Shown here: positions 24,301 to 33,552 of the stretch, one piece after another | Position numbering within the stretch: the first letter of the stretch is position 1 | Layout of the letters: every line of letters starts with the position of its first letter | DNA from: Macrostomum lignano | Taxonomy: Eukaryota | Direction of reading: 5' to 3' | Assembly (NCBI GenBank): GCA_002269645.1 | Contig: NIVC01002909.1 | Coordinates: forward strand, 1-43,363 | DNA length: 43,363 bases | The notes under the pieces: generated by a model | The model's input: only the letters and a program-made list of their open reading frames with translations | Databases searched by the model: none | Told to the model about the DNA's origin: nothing | Position numbers and translations under genes: made by a program

Positions 24301-27300
24301 AAATTCAATTAGAAGTTTTACTACTATATGATGTAAATTTTTAGCTAAAAAAGTAATTTAAACTTAAAATAGTACACATATAAAACTATTTTAACAAATT
24401 CCTTTTTCTTAAACTATTATTTAACATTTACCTTTTCTAACGACTAATCTATTTATTTTGTTAATTATTAATGCAAATATATTTCTTATTAACACATTTT
24501 AACCTATAAAACTTGCAATTTAATAATAATAATAATAATAATATTAAAAGTTAAATACTAAAAAAATCTAGAATATTTCTTATAGATAGGCCTACTTAGT
24601 AAAAATGGTTAGAGCTTGTTTTTGTGCCTAGGTCTATATGACTATATTCTTGGTCCTATATATGCAGGTCTAGCTTAAAAAACTGATAGCTTTCTAAAGA
24701 CTTGAGGCCTAGGTAAAACAAGAAAAATGAAAATGGTGGGGGCATATTGTAAATATTGTCCTTATATATTTAACTACATAGACAGGTCTATTAGTATAGT
24801 TACTACATTGAAATGGAATTATACCTACAATAATGGCTTAATAGTACCGTAATGCAGCATTTTTATTGCAAATATACTTGATTTTAAAAAGGAAAAATAC
24901 AAAGTTCGGCTAATGCCACTTGTGAGTATTTTGCAACTTGGGCCTTATGAAATAAAAAGAAAATAATATGAAGATGAAACTTTCAAGACACAACTACATT
25001 AAAATATAATAGAGTAACATGTTGTGCGTGCTAAATAAAAAGAATGGTTATCTTAGCTGCCTTAGATCAAATGCAATCATTGATTTTGTGATGAAAAAAT
25101 GATTTGCTCCTATCTCCGCAGTGTATTTTTTCCAGGAAATCGTCCTCCTAAAAATTTACACGATCTTTGAGTTTTACGTCCTGCTAGTCTAGAAGTCCTT
25201 GATGCTAAAATTATGAAATCATTTAATCAACAAATCAAGTCGAGCATCGAACATATTATAATGAATCAATGACAGCTAACTGGATGCTAACAATTGTTCT
25301 CTTCACAAGACTAGGCCTGAGCCTGCCAAAAGAACTCAGGCCGCCAACTTACGCTGTAGTTGATCTTTACATTCGACTCCAAGTTTACCATCTTGGGAGT
25401 AAAAATTTGGGGGGATGCAAAAGGTAAATCAGGTAGTGAGTAACTCCGCACCCTGTACTCGCTGTAATTTGCTACCATTTGGGTCCCGCCTAGAAAACTT
25501 GTCATTGCCATGCATTTACGCCACGGGACATCGGTTGTGAACTCGCACCACTGTGACTCCAAATCACAAAGCCAAGCTCACCCTGAGCACGGGATGCAGC
25601 CGAAACACGGCCCTGGCGTCCTTGCAGTCTTCCGTGAGCGCAAGACGGCCATCATTGTCGATAATGAGGAATTTCCTGGTGCACATGTGCCGGATGCGCA
25701 CCTGCTGCTCCCACTTGATGATGTCGCCGCTGATGCAGCCCTCGAAGAACTCCAGCTGCCAGTAGCAGATGGCGGATGTGGGCGGGAACATGGTCTTCGG
25801 CTTTGTCTGTTCGACAGCTCGGACTCGCAGGTGAACGTCTTCGACTTCGGGCTCGTTGAATGTACCCTCACACACCAGGTAGGCCTCCATCTCGGTGTGG
25901 AAGAACCTGACGGGCTGTCCGGCTCGTATCTTCTTGGCCTCGTCCTCGGTCTCGTGGTACCGCCTGATCAGCGTGAAGCCGCTGAACCTCACGGACAAGT
26001 TAAGCTCGTAGGAGTCCGCGTACACCGGCATGTGGGCTTCGAACTTGTGCCGGCTGACGTGCAGGAACTGGCCGGGACTCTTGACGCTCTCCAGCACCAC
26101 CTGGTCCTCAATCTGCACGAGGTCGCCCTCGCCCTTCACTTTGAAGCGCGGCATCACGCGGAACAAGGCGAAGGCGGCGTTCTCGCTGCTCAGCGTCACC
26201 TGCATGTTGCTGCTCTCCGTCGGCGACGTGTTCTGTGTGCTGATGTGCACGAACTTTCCGGTGAAGACATGCTGCAGCTGCACCATCTGGCCGTACAGCA
26301 CCTTCTTGCCTTTCTGGCGCCTCTGCTCTACGGCGTTGTCCTCCTCCTCGGCCGCTGCCGCGATCTGCACGGGAGCGAATTTTGTACCTTATCCATTGTT
26401 TGTGGTCATATCGTACAGGAAGCATTGTTTGATGATTTAAAAAGTTGACTCATTAGCTATTGTAACCTCTAGAAAGTTGCTCAAGACATTTCACAAATGC
26501 CTGCTGACCCAGTCAGTTGGACTCACCTTGGCTTGCGTCAGCTGAGCCATCTGAGCCACGCTGCTCGTACTTGACTGAGCAGCTGCCAGCTTTCTGTAGG
26601 CCTTTTGCAGCTTGTACCGATTGGCAGAGCAGATTTTGAAGGACAGCACTGAAAGTTTGGGATAGGAAGCTGTCTAAAACTTTTCTGTTTTTTCATTTCT
26701 ATTTTTAGACCAAATTATGCCTGACATCGAAGGGGACCAGTAGTTGGTTCTAAACAGCGTCGTTTTCTCTCCCACGTCTTCCCGGTGGTCCTCGCTTCTA
26801 AACTCCACATAGCTCCCTTTCGGCCAGCTTGGCTCTGTGAACCGAAATCCCCTCTCTCAACAGGAAATTTATATTAAACCGACTGCAGCTTTGCGCCAGT
26901 TCGTCTGGCTGAAGACGCACCCTGAGCATCTGGACAGCGGGGCTGGACTCGGTCCTCCTTGCTATTCACTGCCAACACAGCATGGGACGAGCTGAAAAGA
27001 GGACAGATGCAGATAAGCTTTTGAAAATATGGTTGACATTCGTCAGAAATTTTGCATCTCCTCTGGTGAGCATCTTTTTTGCTAGTTTGAACAGTTCTTT
27101 TGCTATAGAGATTAAAAATATTTCAATTGAGCTGAGGTCACAGCAACCGTTTGACTCTGCGAGGAGAAGGTCGGCGTTTGTTTTTGTGCCCTGCGGCGCT
27201 TGAATTGATAAGAGACAGCACCGAGTCATTCTAGGCTGAGCTCGGCACTGATATCTGCAAGACCGCGCATTCACTGCGCATGGTCGAGATGTTGGGCTTC

Positions 27301-27809
27301 AATGGGCGATGAGAGAGAGCTCTGCTCTGCAAGCCGGTTCACGAGATAGCAGTGAGTGAGTTAGTGTCTAAATATGAAGATAAGCGCTCCCTCAGGTCTG
27401 ACACTGGCATGGCAACGGAGTCTTCAATCGGCCACTCAGGCTGGCAGGTTGACCCGCGATCTCAGGCAAAAAACTCATAGAATACTCGTGTGTCATTCAC
27501 TATTAGGGTTTGGTCTGTCTGCATGCCAGGGCAAAAAAGCCAAATTTAGAACATTCATTTTTTAACGATCGATTTGGACTCACTCCATCAAATTCTAAGA
27601 GTTTGTGAGAGCAGACTTCTGACCGACCTGCCTTCAGTAATCGATAAGTGAACTTCCAACACTATTAAGTTTCATGAAGAAGCACTACTTCAATGGAAAT
27701 TTTCAGAAGCTCACCTGGACTGCAAGGCGTACACATAGCCCAGCACATCATCGGAGTACAGTGCGATGGTGTCGCCGATGCAGAGAACATCCTCTGCGAT
27801 AGCCGCCAT
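383..27809 (-). CDS. ITPR: Inositol 1,4,5-trisphosphate receptor-like Ca2+-release channel (divergent), ~36 coding exons, >=~2650 aa, 3' end not found in window
   Basis: Manually spliced GT-AG exons with consistent phases: 27715-27809 (ATG; [12 protein letters not shown] resembles ITPR LHIGDIVSLYAE), 26921-26991, 26527-26648, 25582-26364, 20177-20255, 19994-20082, 19593-19718, 18945-19082, 18516-18701, 17194-17316, 16891-17115, 16306-16416, 15823-15894, 14826-15065, 14437-14686, 13749-13848, 13511-13675, 13331-13418, 12971-13215, 12660-12783, 10835-11622, 8478-8610 (acceptor uncertain), 8315-8401, 8112-8216, 7456-7530, 7232-7361, 6770-6911, 6536-6709, 5418-5672, 3925-5322, 3292-3651, 1903-2129, 1601-1776, 943-1170, 702-821, 383-520. 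Motifs: [33 protein letters not shown]...[11 protein letters not shown] zinc site. Exon 383-520 ends in a GTGAGT donor and no further exon was recognised. Confidence 0.93.
943..3651 (-). CDS. ITPR: ITPR-like transmembrane and pore exons (3292-3651, 1903-2129, 1601-1776, 943-1170)
   Basis: Hydrophobic helices; FAFHLLHI...[13 protein letters not shown]; [16 protein letters not shown] pore helix; [31 protein letters not shown]6 helix. Confidence 0.92.
3925..5322 (-). CDS. ITPR: ITPR-like large exon: S/G/R-rich linker plus RIH-associated region
   Basis: [50 protein letters not shown] and [18 protein letters not shown] are RIH-associated-type motifs; phase 2-2. Confidence 0.9.
5943..5998. repeat. 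Short tandem repeat, ~23-bp unit, ~2.5 copies
   Basis: aatcagcacaatccttttacca occurs twice plus a partial copy. Confidence 0.75.
9543..10700 (+). mobile_element. piggyBac (PGBD4-like) DNA transposon, 3'-truncated and frameshifted
   Basis: TTAA at 9539-9542 followed by CCCGAGCAGG (piggyBac-type CCC terminus); acidic N-terminus; [25 protein letters not shown]...[38 protein letters not shown] (DDE_Tnp_1_7-type). Frameshifts near 10150-10220 and 10665; second catalytic Asp and right TIR not found. Right boundary approximate. Confidence 0.88.
15095..15815. repeat. Homogeneous 13-bp minisatellite (GATCCCTGATCCC)n, ~55 copies
   Basis: Direct read; fills most of the ITPR-like intron 15066-15822. 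Confidence 0.97.
16480..16829. repeat. 27-bp minisatellite (TTCCTCACTGGTCATTCAATGATCGGR), ~13 copies, intronic
   Basis: Direct read; gives the FLTGHSMIG and PHWSFNDRV periodicity in the ORF track. Confidence 0.95.
17673..17935. repeat. 39-40-bp minisatellite, ~6.7 copies, intronic
   Basis: Units like gtgtcccaaagcacttcaagcctcccataaacatccgag start at ~17673, 17713, 17753, 17792, 17831, 17870, 17909. Confidence 0.92.
18749..18845. repeat. Degenerate (ATTCACAA)-like simple repeat
   Basis: tttacacattcacaaattcacaa...cattcacaaatttacacattcacaaactcacattcacaag. Confidence 0.7.
21147..21325. mobile_element. Palindromic MITE-like element, copy 1, nested in the P-like element
   Basis: Arms ggccatttctattggcaacac...atgtaagttgctattgg and ccaatagcaacttacat...gtgttgccaatagaaatggcc around a 30-bp loop; second copy at 23091. 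Confidence 0.8.
23091..23260. mobile_element. Palindromic MITE-like element, copy 2, nested in the P-like element
   Basis: Same ends as copy 1 (catacatgcgcaacc...cccaggcatg) with the central loop inverted. Confidence 0.8.
25582..26364 (-). CDS. ITPR: ITPR-like exon 4: suppressor domain and MIR/beta-trefoil region
   Basis: [46 protein letters not shown] and [19 protein letters not shown] match ITPR/RyR beta-trefoil repeats; cag acceptor and GTGAGC donor, phase 0-0. Confidence 0.92.
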
Positions 27810-28545
27810 TTTCACCGGCTGGCCGACGCCTGACTAGTGCTGGTCGACTGCGCCTTGGATCTGATCAATATCGAGCGATGATGTGGCTATAAAACCTTTC
27901 TGAACCTGTCGGCTGCTCCGACAATTTACTAGTGGGTTGTTGGGCCAGGGGGCTCAACAACACGAGACTAAAAGCTATCGGGATGCGTAGCTATGGGGAA
28001 ATTGTGTACTTATTCAGCGTGTACGGAAGGAGCGCGAGAGTGGCAGGCCTAATGGAGCAATAGGAGAAGAATTGGGGATCGCTACTGGGATAAACAGATG
28101 CGACGGTTGTGGAACAGAAATTTGGCTGCGGGTCATCCCACACAGCTCTGCGTGAGTCGCCGGTGAGGTGTGCTCGCTTCTTTCTCTCTCCTCTCGTAGC
28201 AACTAAGTGCGGTTTTAGGAGCGGGTCCGCAGCAGCGACCTGGGGCAGAAATGGCCACGGATTGGCTGCCACCTGTCTGAGACCTGTCATAGGCTGCTTC
28301 CTCAGCTCATTGCTCTCTAGACTGGAGTGCAGAACCGCCTGGAGGCGAATGCGAGGGCGGAGCGAGAGCTGAGCATAACCACTGACAGCGCACACTGGGA
28401 GTCGCGATCTCCCTCTCGCCACATCCTTTTTCATCCTATTGTCTTTCCGTCACACGGGCTCCCCTCGTGCGATTAAATATTCTCATACTGTATCGTATGC
28501 TCCCAGCCTACTGTAGCTTCCAAAATCCTTTCAAGGCCTCTCTGA

Positions 28546-28559
28546 GTTGCCTAAGCAAC
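28546..28559. promoter_or_regulatory. RFX X-box
   Basis: GTTGCCTAAGCAAC fits GTNRCC-N(0-3)-RGYAAC; lies ~740 bp upstream of the ITPR-like ATG, between divergently oriented ITPR-like and IQUB. Confidence 0.6.
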
Positions 28560-29278
28560 AGCGTTGCGTCCTCCTCACACCTGATAGCTGTGAATGCTTA
28601 GCGGGGGACTCTAGGCGTCTCGCTATCTTCCTCTCCATTTTTGCAGTTCTCTGCGTACTTACAGTGTCTGGCGTGGGGCAATTACATCAATCAAGTAGAG
28701 TACGGAGTAGATTCAGCTAGGAAAATATTCACTAGCCAGGCAAATATCAAAGATCAAATACAGATAGAATCAAATATCTAAATAAATGAGCTGCATATTC
28801 AGGTCTGCATACACTAGCAACTGCTATAAATGCATTCAAGCTGGTTTTCCGACGAAGATTTTGATGCAGTCATTGATGTCGGATTATTTGCTTGCCCAAA
28901 CTAGCATGATCCGGACAGGAAATCCATTAGCCGAGCGTATTGAAGTCGTATTATTCAGGAGAGCGATAGTAAGTACGTTCTACTAATGGCATGGTTGAGG
29001 CCGAGTATGGCATCGGTCGTGCATGCCGAAAAAAACTCTTCTAAACTAACGCGTCTGTTGGGGCTGCAAAACTATAAATTTTCTATTTAAAAGGTGTAAC
29101 TTATCGGTCTTTAAATTTATTCATAAGTTTGGTCTGCTCTTTGATGCATTCAAGGTCCCGTTCAGTAAATTAAGCTGAGAAATCAACATTGAAAACTGGT
29201 TCTGGGCGACGACGTTTCGCTCGCTAACTTGGTTACGTGGCTGCTTATCTTATTAAGTAATATATGTATCAGATTAAA

Positions 29279-29363
29279 CATGCCTTTTGAAAGAGTTATT
29301 TGTATAAATCACGAGGGCCTGAGGCCCGAAGGATTTATGAAAATAACTCCCGAAAAAGGCATG
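29279..29363. repeat. Imperfect ~85-bp hairpin element
   Basis: catgcctttt..gagttattt..ataaatc..gggcc / ggccc..gatttat..aataactc..aaaaaggcatg. Confidence 0.7.
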
Positions 29364-29368
29364 TGTAA

Positions 29369-29822
29369 GTATAAGATATTCTATGGGTTTGAGGTCGGTA
29401 TGTGATTAAATCCCGAGAGCTGAAGGCAGAGCTGAAGAGCTTAAACCACTTTAAAGCTCACTTTCAGGGAGGTTAATGACATAGATTTTATTTTGCGGGA
29501 TTTAATCGATCACTTTCCCGGACATATTGCAAGGATTATTGTATGTATCTAAATAAACGAGCTTCTCTCTTCTCTTCCTTCGTGACTCGAGAAATTTCTT
29601 AATGAAATTTTGTCTATGGTAAGAATGTGGGGGCTTCGCCCCACACCCCCAGCAGGGGCTTCGCCCCCACACCCCCATCCTCAACTTCAACCATAGACAT
29701 ACAAGTATGGCTCCGGGATTTATCTGAATGCATCCCGCTAAATTAAAGTAGTTTAAATAAGATAAATTCCGCTCTCGGGATTTAATCACATACCGACCTC
29801 AAACCCATAGAATATCTTATAC
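29369..29822. mobile_element. MITE-like element with perfect 52-bp inverted repeats
   Basis: 29369-29420 (gtataagatattctatgggtttgaggtcggtatgtgattaaatcccgagagc) is the exact reverse complement of 29771-29822; a TA target duplication is compatible; no coding content. Confidence 0.82.
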
Positions 29823-29827
29823 ATAAA

Positions 29828-29923
29828 CCATAGACATAAAGACTTTACGGGATATTATTGAATATTACCAAATAAAATCCCGGAGAACGCAAATATTGTC
29901 ACGGAAAGTCTTTATTTCTATGG
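29828..29923. repeat. ~96-bp foldback element with CCATAG...CTATGG termini
   Basis: ccatagacataaagactttacgg pairs with cggaaagtctttatttctatgg. Confidence 0.7.
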
Positions 29924-29951
29924 ATTATAACCATTTACAGGAAAAGCCTAG

Positions 29952-30141
29952 TGTTGTGTCTTGATTTAATATTACTTGTCACTGAGACTACATAAACTAG
30001 TGTCTATGAGCCGGACCCTTTTTGCAGTTAATTTCGCAATAAATACACGGACTCGGTCCCGGCGTCAATGGTCAAGACGCAGCTGAGCTGAACTACGCTT
30101 GCTAATAAAAAACGATATTTGTTTATCCACGAGATATAACA
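29952..30141 (+). repeat. 5' LTR of the gypsy element (~190 bp)
   Basis: TG...CA ends, internal AATAAA signals, PBS 2 nt downstream. Confidence 0.75.
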
Positions 30142-30143
30142 AC

Positions 30144-30158
30144 TGGCGACGAGGATGG
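30144..30158 (+). other. Primer-binding site complementary to tRNA-Ser(GCU) 3' end
   Basis: TGGCGACGAGGATGG is the reverse complement of CCATCCTCGTCG-CCA, the metazoan tRNA-Ser(GCU) 3' end as recalled. Confidence 0.8.
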
Positions 30159-33100
30159 CCCTCAACAACGTGAACCCGCCAGCACCGTTTCTGCCAGCAA
30201 GCGGATCGCCGGCAGTTCCATGGAATCGATGGCTCGATGCTTTCGATATATATTGCCAAGCCGTGCAAATCTGGACTCCAAGGCCAAAAGGAGAAGAAGC
30301 TCCGAGTCAGTAGGCTATGCGCCTGCAAACGGTGTGCCGAAACATGCTGCTTCACTTGCTCGATTTCGAAGGGCAGCGAATAGCTAGGGCTAGAAATGCA
30401 ATTGCCGATGAGCAGACCTTTTGGCAAACTCGTGATCTGCTGACGCCTGTATTCGGCGACCGGCCGAATGTGATGCTGGCGCGCCACAGATTCCGGGAAA
30501 GACATCAGCTACCTGGAGAGGACGCAGCCACCTTTGTCGCAGCACTGCGAGAGCTGTCAGCGACCTGCAACTACGGTGTCCTGGTGGACGAAATGATTCG
30601 TGACCAGCTGGCCCAGAGGACGAGCAGCACCCGGATACGCGAGCGTCTTCTGACGGAGGACGCGGCTACGCTGACTCTGGACCGTGCCATCACGATCGCG
30701 ACGACCATCGAGGACGCAGCAGCAGGAAGCAAGGCGATGGCAGCCACAAGCTCGTCAGGAACAGTCCAGGCCGTTCAAGATGCAAAGCCTCGGGGCCAGC
30801 GCGGCACTCCGGCCAGCAAGAGACTCCAGCGCCAAGCCGGAGGGTCCTGTCTGCGATGCGGCCGTAGCCATGATGCGAAAGCGAAATGTCCCGCTCATGG
30901 CAAGAAGTGCAACAACTGCGGCAAGCTCAATCACTTCAGTCGATGCTGCCGCAGCAAGGCTCTGCAGGTCAGCACAGAGGACACGGTTACGATTTACTCG
31001 GTGCACGGCAATGGCGAGATCAGAGTCGCGTTACAACTGGGTGGCAGCCGGAAGATTGTCAACCTGATGGTCGACTGCGGGGCCAAGGTGTCCCTGCTCT
31101 GCGAAGCCAAAGCAAAGACTCTAGACAACTTGGAGCTAAGACCTTCAGCAATGCAGCTAAAAGCTTACGGCGGAAAGCAGATCTCACTGGCTGGGATTGC
31201 AAAGGTTGTCGTCAAGCACGAAAGTTGGGAGCTGCATCACGATTTCTATATCTCGAGGTCGGGCGAAAACATCATTGGCCGTGACCTAATGGAAAAGCTG
31301 GGATTCCGGGTACAACTGCAGCCTCCGGAGGTTGAAAATAGTATCGCCAGTGTAGACTTAGCGGAGGAGTTCCCAGCGGTTTTCAGTGGTCTAATCGGAC
31401 TATGCAAAGGGGCGGTGCACAAGCCGAGAGTAAATGCAGCTGTGCTACCAGTGCAGCAGCCGCTACGCCGCCTTCCACTTGCAAAGCAACAGAAAGTAGG
31501 CAATGAACTTGACCGCATGGAGGCAGCGGGCATCATTGAACGAATAAACTCCAGCCCGTGGATATCCAACCTGGTTGTCGCAAACAAGAAAGACGGCAAC
31601 ATTCGAATCTGCATCGACGTGCGAGAGCCGAATAAGTCGCTCGTAATCGATCGACATCCGATGCCTCAGCTGGACGAGATTTCGGCAAAGATCAAGGCAG
31701 CAAGTGGCCACGTATTTTCAAAGATCGATCTCAAAGCTGGCTACATGCAGATGCAGTTGCATGAGGCATCGCGTGACTTGACAGCGTTCATCACGCACCA
31801 GGGGTTGTATCGGTATTGCAGAGTGCCGTTCGGCTTAGCGTCAGCGCCAGCAGCCTTCCAAAGGATGTTGGACGACTTAGTAGCCGGACTTCACGGTGTC
31901 GAACATATTCTGGACGATTTCATTGTTTTCGGAGCAAACATGACTGAACATGATTCAAGACTGCGAGCGCTATTAGGGCGTATGAACGACGCTGGCCTAA
32001 CGGCCAATAAGGACAAATGCCTGCTGCGCAAGACGGAGGTAGAATTTTTCGGCTTCATCTTCTCAGCCGACGGTATGCGACCTTCAGAGTCCCAGACCAA
32101 GGCATTCAGCCAGTTGCGCTCACCGTCTAACCGGAAGGAGCTGCAGGCGTTCCTAGGATCTGCAAACTACCTGATGCGCTTTGTATCCAATTTTGCTGAA
32201 GTCACAGCGCCTCTGAGGGCCCTACTGAAGGGGGATGCGGAGTTCGAGTGGTCGACGGACTGCGAAAGAGCATTCCAAGAGCTAAAGCAGCAATCTGTAA
32301 TCCACCGATCCTGGCGCATTTTGACCCAGAGGCCGAGACGATTGTCACCAGCGACGCTAGTGCGGATTCTCTCGGTGCACAGCTATCCCAGGTCCAAGAC
32401 GGCGTCGAGCGTCCAATCGCCTTTGCCGCCCGAGCCTTGACCGACACCGAGAAGCGATACGCTGCAAATGAGCGGGAGGCATTGGCCAGTCTGTGGGCCA
32501 TGGAGAAGTGGCACTACTACCTATATGGGCGTCACTTTGAGCTGCGAACAGACCATCAAGCGCTACGTCAGCTACTGTTGGGACCCAGCGGTACGGGACA
32601 TCGGCCTCTGCGAGACGGTGCTTACCGACAACGGACCGCAGTTCGGCAATGCGCTGACGGGGTTCCTGCGGGAGCGCGGCATCCAGCACCAGAAGACCAG
32701 CCCGTACCGTCCGAGCACGAACGGTCAGACGGAGAGGCTCAACCGGACTCTGGTAGACAGCATACGAGCGGCCAGGGCAGAGAATTTCCCCATGCAAGAC
32801 GCGTTGCTGCAATTCCTTGAGACCTACCGCAGTACGCCGCACGCGCTGACTGGCAAGAGTCCAGCGGAGCTGATGCTAGGAAGACGTTGGCGCACTGCAC
32901 TGTCTTTACTGGCTCCGTCTAAGGACACTACGGCGGCACGACCAGATATCGCCCAGCGAATTTGGGAGAGACAGCAGCGAACGGCAGCTTATACCGACCG
33001 GCGGCGGAAGGCGCGACCACAACATTGTGCGCCGGTGACTGGGTTCGAGTGCGTCGTCCAGTGCGAAATGGGAAGCTGGGGACGCGGCTCTCTGGACCAC

Positions 33101-33264
33101 TACAGATCGTGAAGACAACGAACGCCGTGTGTAGGCTAACGGACGGCAGCACCTGGAATCAGCAGGCGCTTGTACCAACGTCTCTGCGGCCAAATTCTGA
33201 GCCACCAGGACCAAATGAGCTTGACCCCCTCGTGGACATTCAAAGGCAACAACCTGCACAATGC

Positions 33265-33276
33265 GGGGGAGAGGAG
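33265..33276 (+). other. Polypurine tract of the gypsy element
   Basis: GGGGGAGAGGAG at the end of pol; not followed by an LTR. Confidence 0.75.
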
Positions 33277-33488
33277 TCTATACATGAATGAGTACAAACG
33301 ACCATGTCTCGTGATTTATTAGGATACTAATTGCTTCTAGCCAATAACAGACAAAAATGTGAGAAACTTTTTTCTTTTCTAGTGATTTTTTAAAGCCAAA
33401 AATGCACAAAATCAATAGATTTTTTCATGTGTAACTGTTTTGGACTTCAGGGGTGAAATATTTGCTTTTCGACTTTGCTATTCAAATT

Positions 33489-33552
33489 GGGGAGCCCAGG
33501 CCGGAGCCACTTGCGCCAGCGCCAACTCATGCGAACCTACAGCTGCTGGCAA
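33489..33552 (+). pseudogene. 64-bp orphan copy of an IQUB coding segment (35628-35691)
   Basis: 58/64 identity; GEPRPEPLAPAPTHANLQLLA versus GEPGPEPLAPAPTQANLQQLA. Confidence 0.8.

Larger units (their letters stand above)
20347..25201 (-). mobile_element. P-superfamily (Galileo-like) long-TIR DNA transposon with a decayed transposase
   Basis: TIRs 20347-20870 and 24678-25201 (one mismatch seen by eye); termini CAAGG...CCTTG; 8-bp TSD ATGCTAAA at 20339-20346 and 25202-25209. Minus-strand remnants in P-transposase order: YCALHS...RLIGTTLIF (THAP-like), IRFNGMSMK (FDEMSLK-like), QGWHQAL (WKQP-like), IALVDVG (SDMG-like), PYIKK (PHLLK-like), [13 protein letters not shown] (KMRV-AAQLFS-VA-like). 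Confidence 0.85.
29952..33276 (+). mobile_element. Ty3/gypsy (Mag-like) LTR retrotransposon, defective, single LTR
   Basis: 5' LTR TGTTGTG...ATAACA; PBS; gag-pol from ATG 30155 with in-frame TAG at 30311; twin CCHC knuckles (CLRCGRSH..C, CNNCGKLNH..C); protease VDCGA; RT (KIDLKAGY, PFGLASAP, ILDD); RNase H (SDAS, EREALA, LRTDHQAL); partial integrase (TDNGPQF, NGQTERLNRTL); frameshifts near 32290 and 33020; PPT at 33265-33276. Confidence 0.95.

Noticed and set aside
25510-26448. 312-aa plus-strand ORF and similar antisense ORFs (4047-4472, 10954-11397, 34972-35793, 36913-37569, 39810-40193, 42544-43161)
   Set aside because: Shadow ORFs opposite GC3-rich coding exons; no independent motifs
27991-28434. 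GC-rich ORFs upstream of ITPR-like
   Set aside because: No recognisable domain or codon bias; more likely promoter or 5'UTR
28786-28986. Exon-like stretch ending in a GTAAGT donor
   Set aside because: Short ORF with stops in the other frames and no recognisable homology; kept only as a possible non-coding exon
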